A stretch of DNA of 248,000 nucleotides from positions 20,001 through 268,000 of the forward strand of contig NZ_JMCB01000002.1 of the NCBI RefSeq assembly GCF_000737315.1, given 5' to 3'. A model generated the notes under the pieces. The model searched no databases, had not been told where the DNA came from, and saw nothing but the letters and a program-made list of their open reading frames with translations. Of the stretch, positions 92,029 to 101,385 are shown one piece after another (position 1 is the first letter of the stretch; each line of letters begins with the position of its first letter). Made by a program: the position numbers and the translations under genes. This stretch comes from Hyalangium minutum (GTDB lineage: Bacteria > Myxococcota > Myxococcia > Myxococcales > Myxococcaceae).

Positions 92029-95000
92029 ATGTCCCTCGTCGAAGGTCTCAAGGTTCGTTATCTCCCGCAGCCCGAGTGGGGCGTGGGTCACCTTGCCGCG
92101 CTCCAGGAAGGGGGCGCCAAGGCGGTCGTCTTCTTCCCGGCCCGCGAGGACTCCGCGGTGCTCGTCTCCACCAAAGGCGGGGCGCTCGTGTCGTACGCGC
92201 TGCCCAGCGGGGAGCCCGTCGTGACCGTCAAGGGACGGCAGGCCACCGTGGTGCGCGAGGAGCCCGGGGCTCGTGGGCTGCGCCGGTACGTCATCCGCTA
92301 CGCAGACACCGGTGAAGAGGACGAGATGCCCGAGTCCGAGCTGCGCGCGCTGCCTCCGCGCTCGGATCTGCTCTCCACCCTGCGCGAGGGCCGCGTCGGG
92401 GATTCCAAGGCCTTCATGCTCCGGAAGCAGGCGCTCGTGCTGGACGATGAGCGCCGGTGTGACGCCCTGGGCGCGCTGCTGGCCAGCCGGGTGATGGTGA
92501 AGCCTCACCAGGTGGGCGTGGTGCAGCGCGTGCTCTCCGCGCGCCGTCCGCGCTTCGTGCTCGCCGATGAGGTGGGCCTGGGGAAGACCATTGAAGCGGG
92601 CATGGTGTTCAGTGCGCTCCGGCTCTCGGGGCTCGCGCGCCGCGTGCTCGTGGTGGCCCCCAGCCACCTGACCGTGCAGTGGCTCGTGGAGCTGTTCCAC
92701 AAGTTCAACCAGCTCTTCACGTTGATGGACTCCGACCGCTACGCGCAGTCCCTCAAGGAGCAGCCCGAGGTGTCTCCCTGGGAGCGCTTCCCGCTCGTGG
92801 TGACCAGCCTGGAGATGCTCGCGCGCAACGAGGAGCACCGGCAGGCCGTCGCCGAGGAGGATGCGTTCTGGGATCTCGTCATTATTGATGAGGCCCACCA
92901 CCTCAAGGGCGAGAAGGCGTTCGAGGCCGCCGAGGCGCTCGCGGGCAATAGCTGGGGCCTGCTGCTGCTCACCGCCACGCCCATGCAGCTGGACCCGGCC
93001 GAGTACCACGGGCTGCTCACGCTGATCGACGCGGCCACCGCGCCCACGGTGAAGGGTTTCGAGTCGCGCTTGGCCCGGCAGGAGGAGCTGTCCACCGCTG
93101 TCCGCGCGCTGCTCGAGGGCAATGAGCCCGCCAAGGCCGTGAAGGCGCTGGCCAAACGCTTCCCCGAGGACGCCAAGCTCCAGGGGCTCAAGGACCGGGA
93201 CGCGCTGCTGGAGCACCTCGCGGAGACGTACAGCCTGTCCGACCGGCTCGTGCGCAACCGTCGCGCCATTGTCGGCGGCTTCTCCACCCGGCGCCTGCAC
93301 CGCCACCCGGTGAAGCTCTCCGCCGAGGAGCTGAAGACACGCGATAGCGCCTTGGCGGCCCTCGCGAAGTCGAGCCTGCGCGGCGCGCCGCTGGCCAACG
93401 TGCTGCGCCGGCTGGAGTCCAGCCCCTCGGCGTTCGCTGGTGCCGTCAGCTCCAACCCCGCGCTGAAGGGCGCGGATCTGAAGCTGCCGTCGCGGGATGC
93501 GAAGCTGGTGGCGTTCCTCGGCGTGCTGCGCGGCATCTGGGCCTCTGAGGCCGCCGCCAAGGTGCTCGTGTTCACCGAGAGCCGCGACACCCTGGAGGCC
93601 CTGCAGGCGGAGCTGGGCCGCGAGGGCATCGAGGCGCTCGGCTACCACGGCGACTTGCCGCTGGTGGAGAGAGACAGACAGGTGGCGCGCTTCCGCGATC
93701 CCGAGGGCCCCAAGGTCCTGCTGTGCACCGAAGTCGGTGGCGAGGGCCGCAACTTCCAGTTCGCCCACCACCTGGTGCACTACGACTTGCCGTGGAGCCC
93801 CGGCACCGTCGAGCAGCGCATCGGCCGCCTGGACCGCATCGGCCAGACGAAGCCGGTGGAGATCCACGTGTTTGACCCAGCGGGCACGCTCGCCTCGGAC
93901 GTGCTGATGCTGCTGGCGGACGCGGTGGGAGTGTTCGGCGAGACCGTGGGTGGCCTCGACGCGGTGCTGGAGGAGGTGGAGGACCGGATCGCCGAGCTGG
94001 CACTGCTGCCTCGCGAGGCCCGCGTCGCCTACGCGGCCGAGCTGAAGACCAAGGTGGAGGCGGCTCGGGCGCAGGTGAAGCGCGCGTATGACCCGCTGCT
94101 GGATCTGCGCTCCTTCGACAAGCCGGCGGTGGCGCGGCTGGTGGCGCGTGCGCAAGCGCGCATGGGCATGGAGGAGGAGGACGAAGAAGAGGGCGAGGAG
94201 CTGCCGCTGGAGGATGGCCTCTGGGGCGTGGCGAGAGACCTCGACGAGCGGCTGGAGGAGACCGTCACGGAGCTGGCCAAGCGGGTCGGCATCCGCGTGG
94301 ACACGGACGAGGAGGTGGACGCGTTCCAGTGCGCCTTCCACTTCGGCCATGCGCTCAACGTGGAGGGGCTGCCCGGACTCGACGTGATGGAGGACCGGAC
94401 GCTGCTGGGCACTTTCTGGCGCGACACGGCGGTGGAGGCCGAGGAACTGGAGTACTTCGCCACTGGGCACTCGCTGGTGGAGGCGCTGTTCGGCTTCCTG
94501 CGCGACGGGCCGTACGGGCGCAGCGGCTTCCGGTTCATCGAGAAGCGCGGGCCCCTCAAGGCGCGCGGGCTGGAGCTGCTCTACCACGTGCAGACGCCCG
94601 AGCCCGAGGACACCTCTGCCGGTGCCCGTGTGCCGAGCCGTCAGCTCGCGCGCTTCCTGGAGCGCACGCTGCTGCCGGTGGCCGTGGCCGAGGGGCCGGG
94701 TGGTGCCAAGGCGGATGCGACGCTGCTGCCCGCGCTGGAGGCAGAGGGCCGCGCGCTCAAGGGCGACGAGGTGTCGCGCGCGTTCCCGGGTGTCCGCGCG
94801 TTCGTGGACGCGGCGGTGACCGTGGGACAGAAGGCCGCCGAGGCGGAGCTGGGCAAGCTGGCCGCGAAGGCGCGCAAGGCCATCGAGGCCGAGCGGGACG
94901 CCACGCTGGAGCGGATGCGTCTGTCACTGGGACACCAGGGGCTGGATGCCAAGGCGCTGGAGGCCCAGCTCGACGCGGAGCGCACGCACTACGAGCGCCT

Positions 95001-95067
95001 GCTGAAAGCACTGGCGGGCGCGAAGGTGGTGCTCGACTCGGCCTGCGGGTTCGTCATCAACCGCTGA
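92029..95067 (+). CDS. RapA/HepA-like SNF2 helicase
   Basis: LADEVGLGKT; DEAH; LTATP; EQRIGRLDRIGQ. Confidence 0.88.
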   Translation: MSLVEGLKVRYLPQPEWGVGHLAALQEGGAKAVVFFPAREDSAVLVSTKGGALVSYALPSGEPVVTVKGRQATVVREEPGARGLRRYVIRYADTGEEDEMPESELRALPPRSDLLSTLREGRVGDSKAFMLRKQALVLDDERRCDALGALLASRVMVKPHQVGVVQRVLSARRPRFVLADEVGLGKTIEAGMVFSALRLSGLARRVLVVAPSHLTVQWLVELFHKFNQLFTLMDSDRYAQSLKEQPEVSPWERFPLVVTSLEMLARNEEHRQAVAEEDAFWDLVIIDEAHHLKGEKAFEAAEALAGNSWGLLLLTATPMQLDPAEYHGLLTLIDAATAPTVKGFESRLARQEELSTAVRALLEGNEPAKAVKALAKRFPEDAKLQGLKDRDALLEHLAETYSLSDRLVRNRRAIVGGFSTRRLHRHPVKLSAEELKTRDSALAALAKSSLRGAPLANVLRRLESSPSAFAGAVSSNPALKGADLKLPSRDAKLVAFLGVLRGIWASEAAAKVLVFTESRDTLEALQAELGREGIEALGYHGDLPLVERDRQVARFRDPEGPKVLLCTEVGGEGRNFQFAHHLVHYDLPWSPGTVEQRIGRLDRIGQTKPVEIHVFDPAGTLASDVLMLLADAVGVFGETVGGLDAVLEEVEDRIAELALLPREARVAYAAELKTKVEAARAQVKRAYDPLLDLRSFDKPAVARLVARAQARMGMEEEDEEEGEELPLEDGLWGVARDLDERLEETVTELAKRVGIRVDTDEEVDAFQCAFHFGHALNVEGLPGLDVMEDRTLLGTFWRDTAVEAEELEYFATGHSLVEALFGFLRDGPYGRSGFRFIEKRGPLKARGLELLYHVQTPEPEDTSAGARVPSRQLARFLERTLLPVAVAEGPGGAKADATLLPALEAEGRALKGDEVSRAFPGVRAFVDAAVTVGQKAAEAELGKLAAKARKAIEAERDATLERMRLSLGHQGLDAKALEAQLDAERTHYERLLKALAGAKVVLDSACGFVINR

Positions 95068-95073
95068 GCCTCT

Positions 95074-95958
95074 TCACTTCTCCGGGAGTGCCTGAGCCTC
95101 CTCGATGCTCGCTGCGCAGCGGAATCCGAAGTGGTGGAAGATGGGCCGGTTGGAAGGCACATGCGGCCTCCGGTACACCGTCGTCGCGTACGAGGCTGGC
95201 CAGAACCAGGAGCCTCCTCGCACCACCTTCTGTGTATATCCCGCGCAGGGCTCCTGGCCCGCGCAGGGCCCCTTCGGATTGATGCCCTGACAGGCGGCGC
95301 CACAGGCTCTCCACGAGGGCGTGAACCAGTCCGCGACCCACTCCCACGCATTCCCCGCCATGTCATACAGCCCATAGGGATTGGGAGGGCGTGAGCCCAC
95401 GGGCTCGGGACGGCCCACCTCGGCATGGGTCTTCGAGCGCTGCCGCTGGCCGCAGCTGCGTCCACGGCTGTCCATGATGACGGCTCGCTCGCACGTGGCG
95501 GGCTCGTCACCCCAAGGGTAGAGCCGTCCGTCCGTACCCCGCGCCGCCTTCTCCCACTCGGCCTCCGTGGGCAGGTGCTTGCCGTGCGCTTCGCAGAAGG
95601 CCTTCGCGTCGTACCAGCTCACCCCATTGATGGGTTGCTGCGGGTGGTCGAAGTCGCGGTAGTTCGGGCCCGCCTTCCGGCAGCGCCCCTGTGCCTCGCA
95701 AGCCTTGTAGGCGCTGTAGGTCACCTCGTGGGTATCCATATAGAAGGTCTGCACCCAGACCTCCTGCTGTGGCCGGGCGGGCGCGTGCGGCCCTCCGTTC
95801 ATGCCTCGGAGAAATGGGCCTCCCGGGATGCAGGCCATGCCCGGCTTGGGTGCTTCGAGGCAGGGCACCACCGCTGGAGCCTCCGAAGATGGAGCAGCCG
95901 CCCCCGCGCTCGTGCTGACGAGCCCCACGAGCAGCGCGAGCCACCGCACGGTGCTCAT
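95074..95958 (-). CDS. Formylglycine-generating enzyme (SUMF1) domain protein
   Basis: LPTEAEWEKAARG; NPYGLYDMAGNAWEW. Confidence 0.9.
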   Translation of the reverse strand: MSTVRWLALLVGLVSTSAGAAAPSSEAPAVVPCLEAPKPGMACIPGGPFLRGMNGGPHAPARPQQEVWVQTFYMDTHEVTYSAYKACEAQGRCRKAGPNYRDFDHPQQPINGVSWYDAKAFCEAHGKHLPTEAEWEKAARGTDGRLYPWGDEPATCERAVIMDSRGRSCGQRQRSKTHAEVGRPEPVGSRPPNPYGLYDMAGNAWEWVADWFTPSWRACGAACQGINPKGPCAGQEPCAGYTQKVVRGGSWFWPASYATTVYRRPHVPSNRPIFHHFGFRCAASIEEAQALPEK

Positions 95959-97001
95959 GGGAGGTTCTCCGCCCGGGCTGGCAGCGTCCGAGCTGGAGCG
96001 CGCTTCACCCGCCGCTTCGCCAGGAGCTTCTGCTTCGCGGCCTCGCGCGCCTCGGCGGGCGGAGTGTCGAGCCGTGACAGCCCACGCACCTGTCCCTCGG
96101 CGGCTGCGAACCGCAGCATCGTCACCGACTTGCGAGTCTTCTTGTCGTCCAGCCAGGCCACGAAGTTCGGACCGGACTGCGTGTTGTAGTGGTAGTGGGT
96201 GCCCTTCACGTGAGGAATGCCCCGCTCACCGCTGGTGCGGAGCACCACGCTGTTCTCCGTCAGCGCAAGTCCTCGGATGTTGTTCCGGTACTGCGCGTCG
96301 TAGGCAAAGTATTGCTCGGCGTTGGACAGGTAGAGCACGCCCACCGTCTTCCCTGACGCGGAGAGTGCCTCCCCGAGCGCCTTCATGGTGCGCCGGGCCG
96401 TGAGGTCTCCTCTCACCATGAAGACCTTGTCCTCTTGGAAGAGGCGGCGCAGGTGCGCGTAATCGGCGGCGTTCGTGAGGAAGCAGGTCTGGTTCGCTTT
96501 CGCCATCTGCGCCATGAGGCGCCCGAACCGCCGCTCCACCGCCCCGCGGGCCGTGTTGAGGGCCAGCAGCGCACCGGCTCGCTGCCGCTTGTCGGAGTAG
96601 CCCTCCTGGATGAGCCGGCGCACCTCCGAGCGGCTCTGCTTCTGCCAGAGCTCGAGGAACGCCCCGGGAGTCTCCGCCGCGAGGAAGATGACGCGGTAGA
96701 CCCGGTGGAGATCGACCACGGACTGATCAAAATCCAGCAGGACGAGCCCCTCCGCTCGTGCCCAGGCTCCCAGCAGGTAGTTCTGGTCGGTGCCCACGCC
96801 CACGTAGACGCCGCCCTTGTCCTTCACCGCGTTGTGGAAGAGCTCGAGGGTGTCTTCGTTCGAGATCCAGTAGTGGAGTCCTCGCACCAGCCCCGGTGGA
96901 GCGGGATCGGCGGGCAGGTTCGTGAACGTGGGGTGCGAGGCCTCACTGGCGGAGACCGAAGCGGAGAGGAGCAGAGCCAACACGGCAGCAAGGCGCATCA
97001 C
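95955..97001 (-). CDS. Exported hypothetical protein
   Basis: Signal peptide; YVGVGTDQN. Confidence 0.55.
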   Translation of the reverse strand: MMRLAAVLALLLSASVSASEASHPTFTNLPADPAPPGLVRGLHYWISNEDTLELFHNAVKDKGGVYVGVGTDQNYLLGAWARAEGLVLLDFDQSVVDLHRVYRVIFLAAETPGAFLELWQKQSRSEVRRLIQEGYSDKRQRAGALLALNTARGAVERRFGRLMAQMAKANQTCFLTNAADYAHLRRLFQEDKVFMVRGDLTARRTMKALGEALSASGKTVGVLYLSNAEQYFAYDAQYRNNIRGLALTENSVVLRTSGERGIPHVKGTHYHYNTQSGPNFVAWLDDKKTRKSVTMLRFAAAEGQVRGLSRLDTPPAEAREAAKQKLLAKRRVKRAPARTLPARAENLP

Positions 97002-97082
97002 GCCGATGATACCGCCTCCGCTGGCAGCACCTACTCGGGGCCGGAGCCCCGATGGCCACCGTCTCCCGAGCGCGCCGCCCGC

Positions 97083-97643
97083 TCAGGCCTTCAGCTTCTC
97101 ACGCAGCGCCTTCGCCCGGCCCTGCATGTCCGGATCCAGGCTCGTGATCTGAATGCTCTTGAGGCGCTCGTCCAGGCTCTTGGGCACCTTCGTCTTCAGC
97201 TTGCCCTCGCCCTCCATCGCCTCCAGCTTCGCCAGCGCCTTGTCGGCAATCCGCTCGCGCGGGTGGTCCAGCAGGCTGTCCAGGAAGTACGCGTCCTCGG
97301 GCAGCTCCGGGTACTTCTCCAGGTACTCCACCACCCCCTGCACCCAGGCCTGCCGCGTCTCCGCCTGCTGCAGCTTCTGCATGGCGGCCTTCTGCGTCTT
97401 GCGCTTGCCCTCGGGGTCGAACTTCTCCGCCAACCCCTCGGGGAGTTCGCCGCCCGTGAAGAGCGCGTCCGCCGCCGCCTTGTACTTCTGGTAGGAGGCG
97501 CTGCGCTCGATGCGCTGCTGCGCCGGGTCATCCTGGCGGGAGTGGCTCTTGCTCTTGCCGCGCATCGCGTCGATCTCTCGCCACGACTTGTTGCGCTTGC
97601 CGGAGAACCCACCGCCTTCGTTGTCGTCCTTGTCTCGTGCCAT
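97083..97643 (-). CDS. Hypothetical protein
   Basis: 186-aa ORF. Confidence 0.6.
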   Translation of the reverse strand: MARDKDDNEGGGFSGKRNKSWREIDAMRGKSKSHSRQDDPAQQRIERSASYQKYKAAADALFTGGELPEGLAEKFDPEGKRKTQKAAMQKLQQAETRQAWVQGVVEYLEKYPELPEDAYFLDSLLDHPRERIADKALAKLEAMEGEGKLKTKVPKSLDERLKSIQITSLDPDMQGRAKALREKLKA

Positions 97644-97646
97644 CCG

Positions 97647-98411
97647 TCAACTTCCCTTCCGGGCGTGCCATAAGGCCGCCAGCCCGCGCCGCACATACGT
97701 GCGCACCCGCGCGAGCTCCTCGGCAGAGAGGGGGTGCTCCTCATCCTGCTCCGCCTCGAACAGCGCTTCTTCCGCATATGCGGCGAGGGCCTCGGGCACC
97801 GGCGGAGCCTCCGTGTCCTCCCTCTCCAGCGCCGCCGGATCCACACTGGCAAGTCCCGGCGGCCAGCCCAGCTCCATCATGGCGTGCAGTTCGAAGAGCA
97901 GGTGGCGGGCTACCGCATATCCTTCGTCCGCGAGCCCCGCCACGTCAAGAGCACCCAGCAGCGCATCCTGCCGGTTGTCGAAGGCGTGCTGCCTCCGCGT
98001 GCGCTCCTTCGGGTCGTCTTCCAGGTAACGCCAGGCGGCCTCCACGAATTCGCTCCCTGGCTCTCCCGGGGCAAAAGGGGGCGGCCGCACGGGCTTCACC
98101 TTCTTGGGCCGAGGCGGCTGAGGCCCCTGCTCCAGCGGGATGGGCTGGCCCTCCTCCACCAGGTCCCAGAGCCCCAGCAGGTTCTGGAAGAGCCGCTGCG
98201 CCACCTCGGGCGAGGGGAAGTGGGGCTCTCCCTCGAAGAGGGTGGGGATGACGGCGTCATGCCGCTGCCCCTCGGCCTTGGCCGAGCGCATCCGTGTGAG
98301 CACCTCATAGGTGTCACACGTGCTGCCGGCCAGCTCCAGCAGCCCATCCAGCGTCTGTGCGTCCTCGAAGTGGTGGACGAAGTCGGTGCCTCTTCCCCGT
98401 GAGCGGCTCAT
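97647..98411 (-). CDS. Hypothetical protein
   Basis: 254-aa ORF. Confidence 0.6.
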   Translation of the reverse strand: MSRSRGRGTDFVHHFEDAQTLDGLLELAGSTCDTYEVLTRMRSAKAEGQRHDAVIPTLFEGEPHFPSPEVAQRLFQNLLGLWDLVEEGQPIPLEQGPQPPRPKKVKPVRPPPFAPGEPGSEFVEAAWRYLEDDPKERTRRQHAFDNRQDALLGALDVAGLADEGYAVARHLLFELHAMMELGWPPGLASVDPAALEREDTEAPPVPEALAAYAEEALFEAEQDEEHPLSAEELARVRTYVRRGLAALWHARKGS

Positions 98412-98555
98412 GCGGCACGAACGCTAGCCCTGGGAGCGGGCGGACGCACGGGGCGCGTGAAGCGCTCCCCACCCGTTCAAGGCCAACCTCCCGGAGTGAA
98501 CATTAAGGATGCCAGCCGCCAATGTCGCTGGCGCCCTGCTAGGCTCCCGCCCGGG

Positions 98556-99176
98556 ATGACCCACCCGTCACCAGAGAAGCTGAAGGCCGCAGTGCAGGCG
98601 CTTTACCAGGTCCGGGCCGTGGAAGGGCCTCCCGGCGACCATGGCCATCGCTCTGTCTGGCACATGTCCCCCCAGGGAGCGGAGTTGCTCTCGCTCGTCG
98701 ATAGGGAGGGCCGTGTGCAGCGCCAGGAGCTGACGCTGCTCGAGGACCACTACGCGTGGAGCCAGGGCGAAGGTCTGCGCACGGGCCGGGTCGAGCTGGA
98801 GAGGGTCGGTGGCTCGAAGGTGAACCCCGCCGCGGCCATCGTGCACACGGACCCGGAGCTGGTTCCCGTCCGGCTGATACGCGCGGCGGCGGCGCTGGAG
98901 ACCTACGAGGGAGAGGACCGCTACCTCCTCCACATCAAGCGCGTGCTGGCACTCGCGCGCGAGGGGCTCGAGCTGCAGGAGTCCCCCCTCGTCACCGAAT
99001 TGGTTTCGGCGTCAACCGCGCCTTTGAGCCCCGCTGCCCTTCCTCAGAAGAGCGAGCCGGACGCAGGTGCGGCGCCCCACGCCCCCGCAGGGGGCAGGTT
99101 CGAGGGCATGGCGATGGTGCTCGTGTTCGCCGTGGGCCTCATGGTGGCCATCGCGCTGCTCGGCTGGCTTCTCTGA
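98556..99176 (+). CDS. Hypothetical protein with C-terminal TM
   Basis: ORF. Confidence 0.55.
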   Translation: MTHPSPEKLKAAVQALYQVRAVEGPPGDHGHRSVWHMSPQGAELLSLVDREGRVQRQELTLLEDHYAWSQGEGLRTGRVELERVGGSKVNPAAAIVHTDPELVPVRLIRAAAALETYEGEDRYLLHIKRVLALAREGLELQESPLVTELVSASTAPLSPAALPQKSEPDAGAAPHAPAGGRFEGMAMVLVFAVGLMVAIALLGWLL

Positions 99177-100894
99177 GTGGCCGTGACGGGCTCGGGCGGA
99201 CGGGCAGGGGCCTGCTCCGGGAGCCGCGCCTCATTCGCCGTGCGCTGGAAGCGCTTGGGCGCCAGCGGGCCGGGGGAGCGAGGGAGCCACAGGGTGCTCG
99301 TGCCGCCATTCATGGGCTGGGCCGTGCGCGAGGCCGGATCGAGCACCACCACGGGTGACGCTCCGGCAAGCCCGAGCACCTCGGCCGCGGCGCCGAGCTC
99401 CTTCAAGGAGATGTCCTCCGGCAGCTCCAGCCCGACGAACGTTCCTGCGAGCACATGCGGCACCTCCGCCAGGGATGCGCTCAGAGAGAGGGAAAGCGTC
99501 TCGCCGCCCTGCACGGGAGAGAGCAGGAGTTGCTCCCCCTCTCCGAACCGGGCCTGCCAGGAGAGGGTGACGGGCTTGGACAGGGCTGCGGGCAGCAGCA
99601 ACTGAAGCGTGCCCTCCTGCGCCGCGAGCAGGGAGAGCAGGGGCACTTGAGTCTTGAGCTTCGCCAGCGTCGCGAGGTTGGCCGATTGCGGATGCTGGCC
99701 CACCAGCTCCACGGAGCGCGCACCGGCAAGGGCGCTCGCTTCGACGAGGCGGCGCAGGCTGGCGCCGGGAGTGCGGGCATCCGCCAGCACGGGCAACACG
99801 GGCTCGGGCACGACGCCGCTGGGACGCGTGGATTGCGGAAGCGTGGAGTGCAGCGAGCCCATGAGCGACTCCGCCAGCGCCTTGCCCGGGCTGCTCCAGC
99901 CGAGGCGGGCGCTGCCCACGGGCGTCAGGCCCTCCGCGGTGACGAGGGCCGCGAATGGGTGCGGCATGGCGGCCTCGGAGGTGCGGAGTGGCTCGAAGCC
100001 TCGGGGCAGGGAAGGAGCGCCGACGCCCGCCGCGCGCGCACCTTGCTCGGCGAGGCGCAGGGGGTGGGCATCCAGGAAGAGCAGCGCGGTGACCGCAGCC
100101 GCCAGGAAGACACTGCCCATCCACCCTCGGGCCATGCGCGAGTAGCGGCGCGTCTGCCACACGAGGAGCACCACGGCCAGGATGATCAGCAGCGCCAGGC
100201 AGGCCTGACGTAAGGGCCGCAGGCGCATCACATCGTCCGCAGCCTGGCTCAGCAGGCGGGTGCGATCAGCGATCGGCGTCTGGGGCAGCCCCGTGAGGAG
100301 CTCGAAGAGCCGGTGGGCCTCCAGTGCTCCCAGCAAGGCGATGGTGGCCAGCGTGAGGGCCACGACGACTCCGAGCACGAGGCTCGGGGTGGAGCCCTGC
100401 GGGCTGGAGCGGAACGGCAGCTCGGCGGAGGCTCCGGCCATTGCCAACCCCAGCCCCAACCCGAGCAGCAGCGCCGCGCTCATCCAGGCCCCCAGCATGC
100501 GCGCGGCCATGGCCTCTCCCACGCCCAGCGCCAGCGCATTGCGCGCATCCGGAATCTCCAGCCCGGCCAGCGCCGCCACCACCCGGCCGACGATGACTTC
100601 GGTGCCCAGCAGCCCCACGGTCCAGGGCAGCGTGGCCATGCCCAGCATGACGGCCAGCGGAACCACCCGCCCGATGCCGATATGGCAGACCATCAAGGTC
100701 AGGAACACCAGCTCCACCAGCCCCGACAGGAGGACCAGGGAGGAAAAGGACCCCGCGGCACCCGTGATTCGAGACAGCTCATCGGATCCTCCTGCCCAGC
100801 TCACCAGCAGCCAGGAGACAAAGAGAACAGACATGGGCGCGGTCGCAGCCGCGACTACACCCGGAGCCACATGGGGTCTGGCTGTAACAAGCAT
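99044..100894 (-). CDS. Multi-pass membrane protein
   Basis: Several hydrophobic helices. Confidence 0.55.
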   Translation of the reverse strand: MLVTARPHVAPGVVAAATAPMSVLFVSWLLVSWAGGSDELSRITGAAGSFSSLVLLSGLVELVFLTLMVCHIGIGRVVPLAVMLGMATLPWTVGLLGTEVIVGRVVAALAGLEIPDARNALALGVGEAMAARMLGAWMSAALLLGLGLGLAMAGASAELPFRSSPQGSTPSLVLGVVVALTLATIALLGALEAHRLFELLTGLPQTPIADRTRLLSQAADDVMRLRPLRQACLALLIILAVVLLVWQTRRYSRMARGWMGSVFLAAAVTALLFLDAHPLRLAEQGARAAGVGAPSLPRGFEPLRTSEAAMPHPFAALVTAEGLTPVGSARLGWSSPGKALAESLMGSLHSTLPQSTRPSGVVPEPVLPVLADARTPGASLRRLVEASALAGARSVELVGQHPQSANLATLAKLKTQVPLLSLLAAQEGTLQLLLPAALSKPVTLSWQARFGEGEQLLLSPVQGGETLSLSLSASLAEVPHVLAGTFVGLELPEDISLKELGAAAEVLGLAGASPVVVLDPASRTAQPMNGGTSTLWLPRSPGPLAPKRFQRTANEARLPEQAPARPPEPVTATQRSQPSSAMATMRPTANTSTIAMPSNLPPAGAWGAAPASGSLF

Positions 100895-100932
100895 TCCCCG
100901 CGAAACTAGGTACGCAGGGTATTCGTGGGAAC

Positions 100933-101385
100933 TCAGGCTGGCGGGCGACCCACCAGCCAATACACAACGGTGAACAGGAGCCCGACAATCGGGGCCACGA
101001 GCGCCCCGAGGATGATGAGTCCTGTGCAGTTGCCCGGCTCGCAGCCAATCTGGGTGCGCGCGCAGAATGCAAAGATGAACACTGGCACGTGGTAGCCGAG
101101 GATGAACAATCCGAGCCCACGCACCACGAGCCCTCGGTACCAGGTGCGGGTGAGCAGCCGGAAGACAATCGGGAGCAGGAAGAGGGTGGCCGTGGCGGCC
101201 CCGGCGATGGCCAGCTGACGCGCTGCGGCGGCCCAGCACCCCACCGCCGCCAATCCCAGGGCGGGCACCAGCAGCAGCGTGTTGAGGTTGAGCGGGGCCG
101301 GCTCGCGCGACATCACCGGGGGACGCTCGCAAAGCGGGGAGAGGGGATCAAGCGGCGACTGCCCCTTCTCCCAGGAGCTGTGCAT
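100933..101385 (-). CDS. Small membrane protein
   Basis: Four TM-like segments. Confidence 0.5.
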   Translation of the reverse strand: MHSSWEKGQSPLDPLSPLCERPPVMSREPAPLNLNTLLLVPALGLAAVGCWAAAARQLAIAGAATATLFLLPIVFRLLTRTWYRGLVVRGLGLFILGYHVPVFIFAFCARTQIGCEPGNCTGLIILGALVAPIVGLLFTVVYWLVGRPPA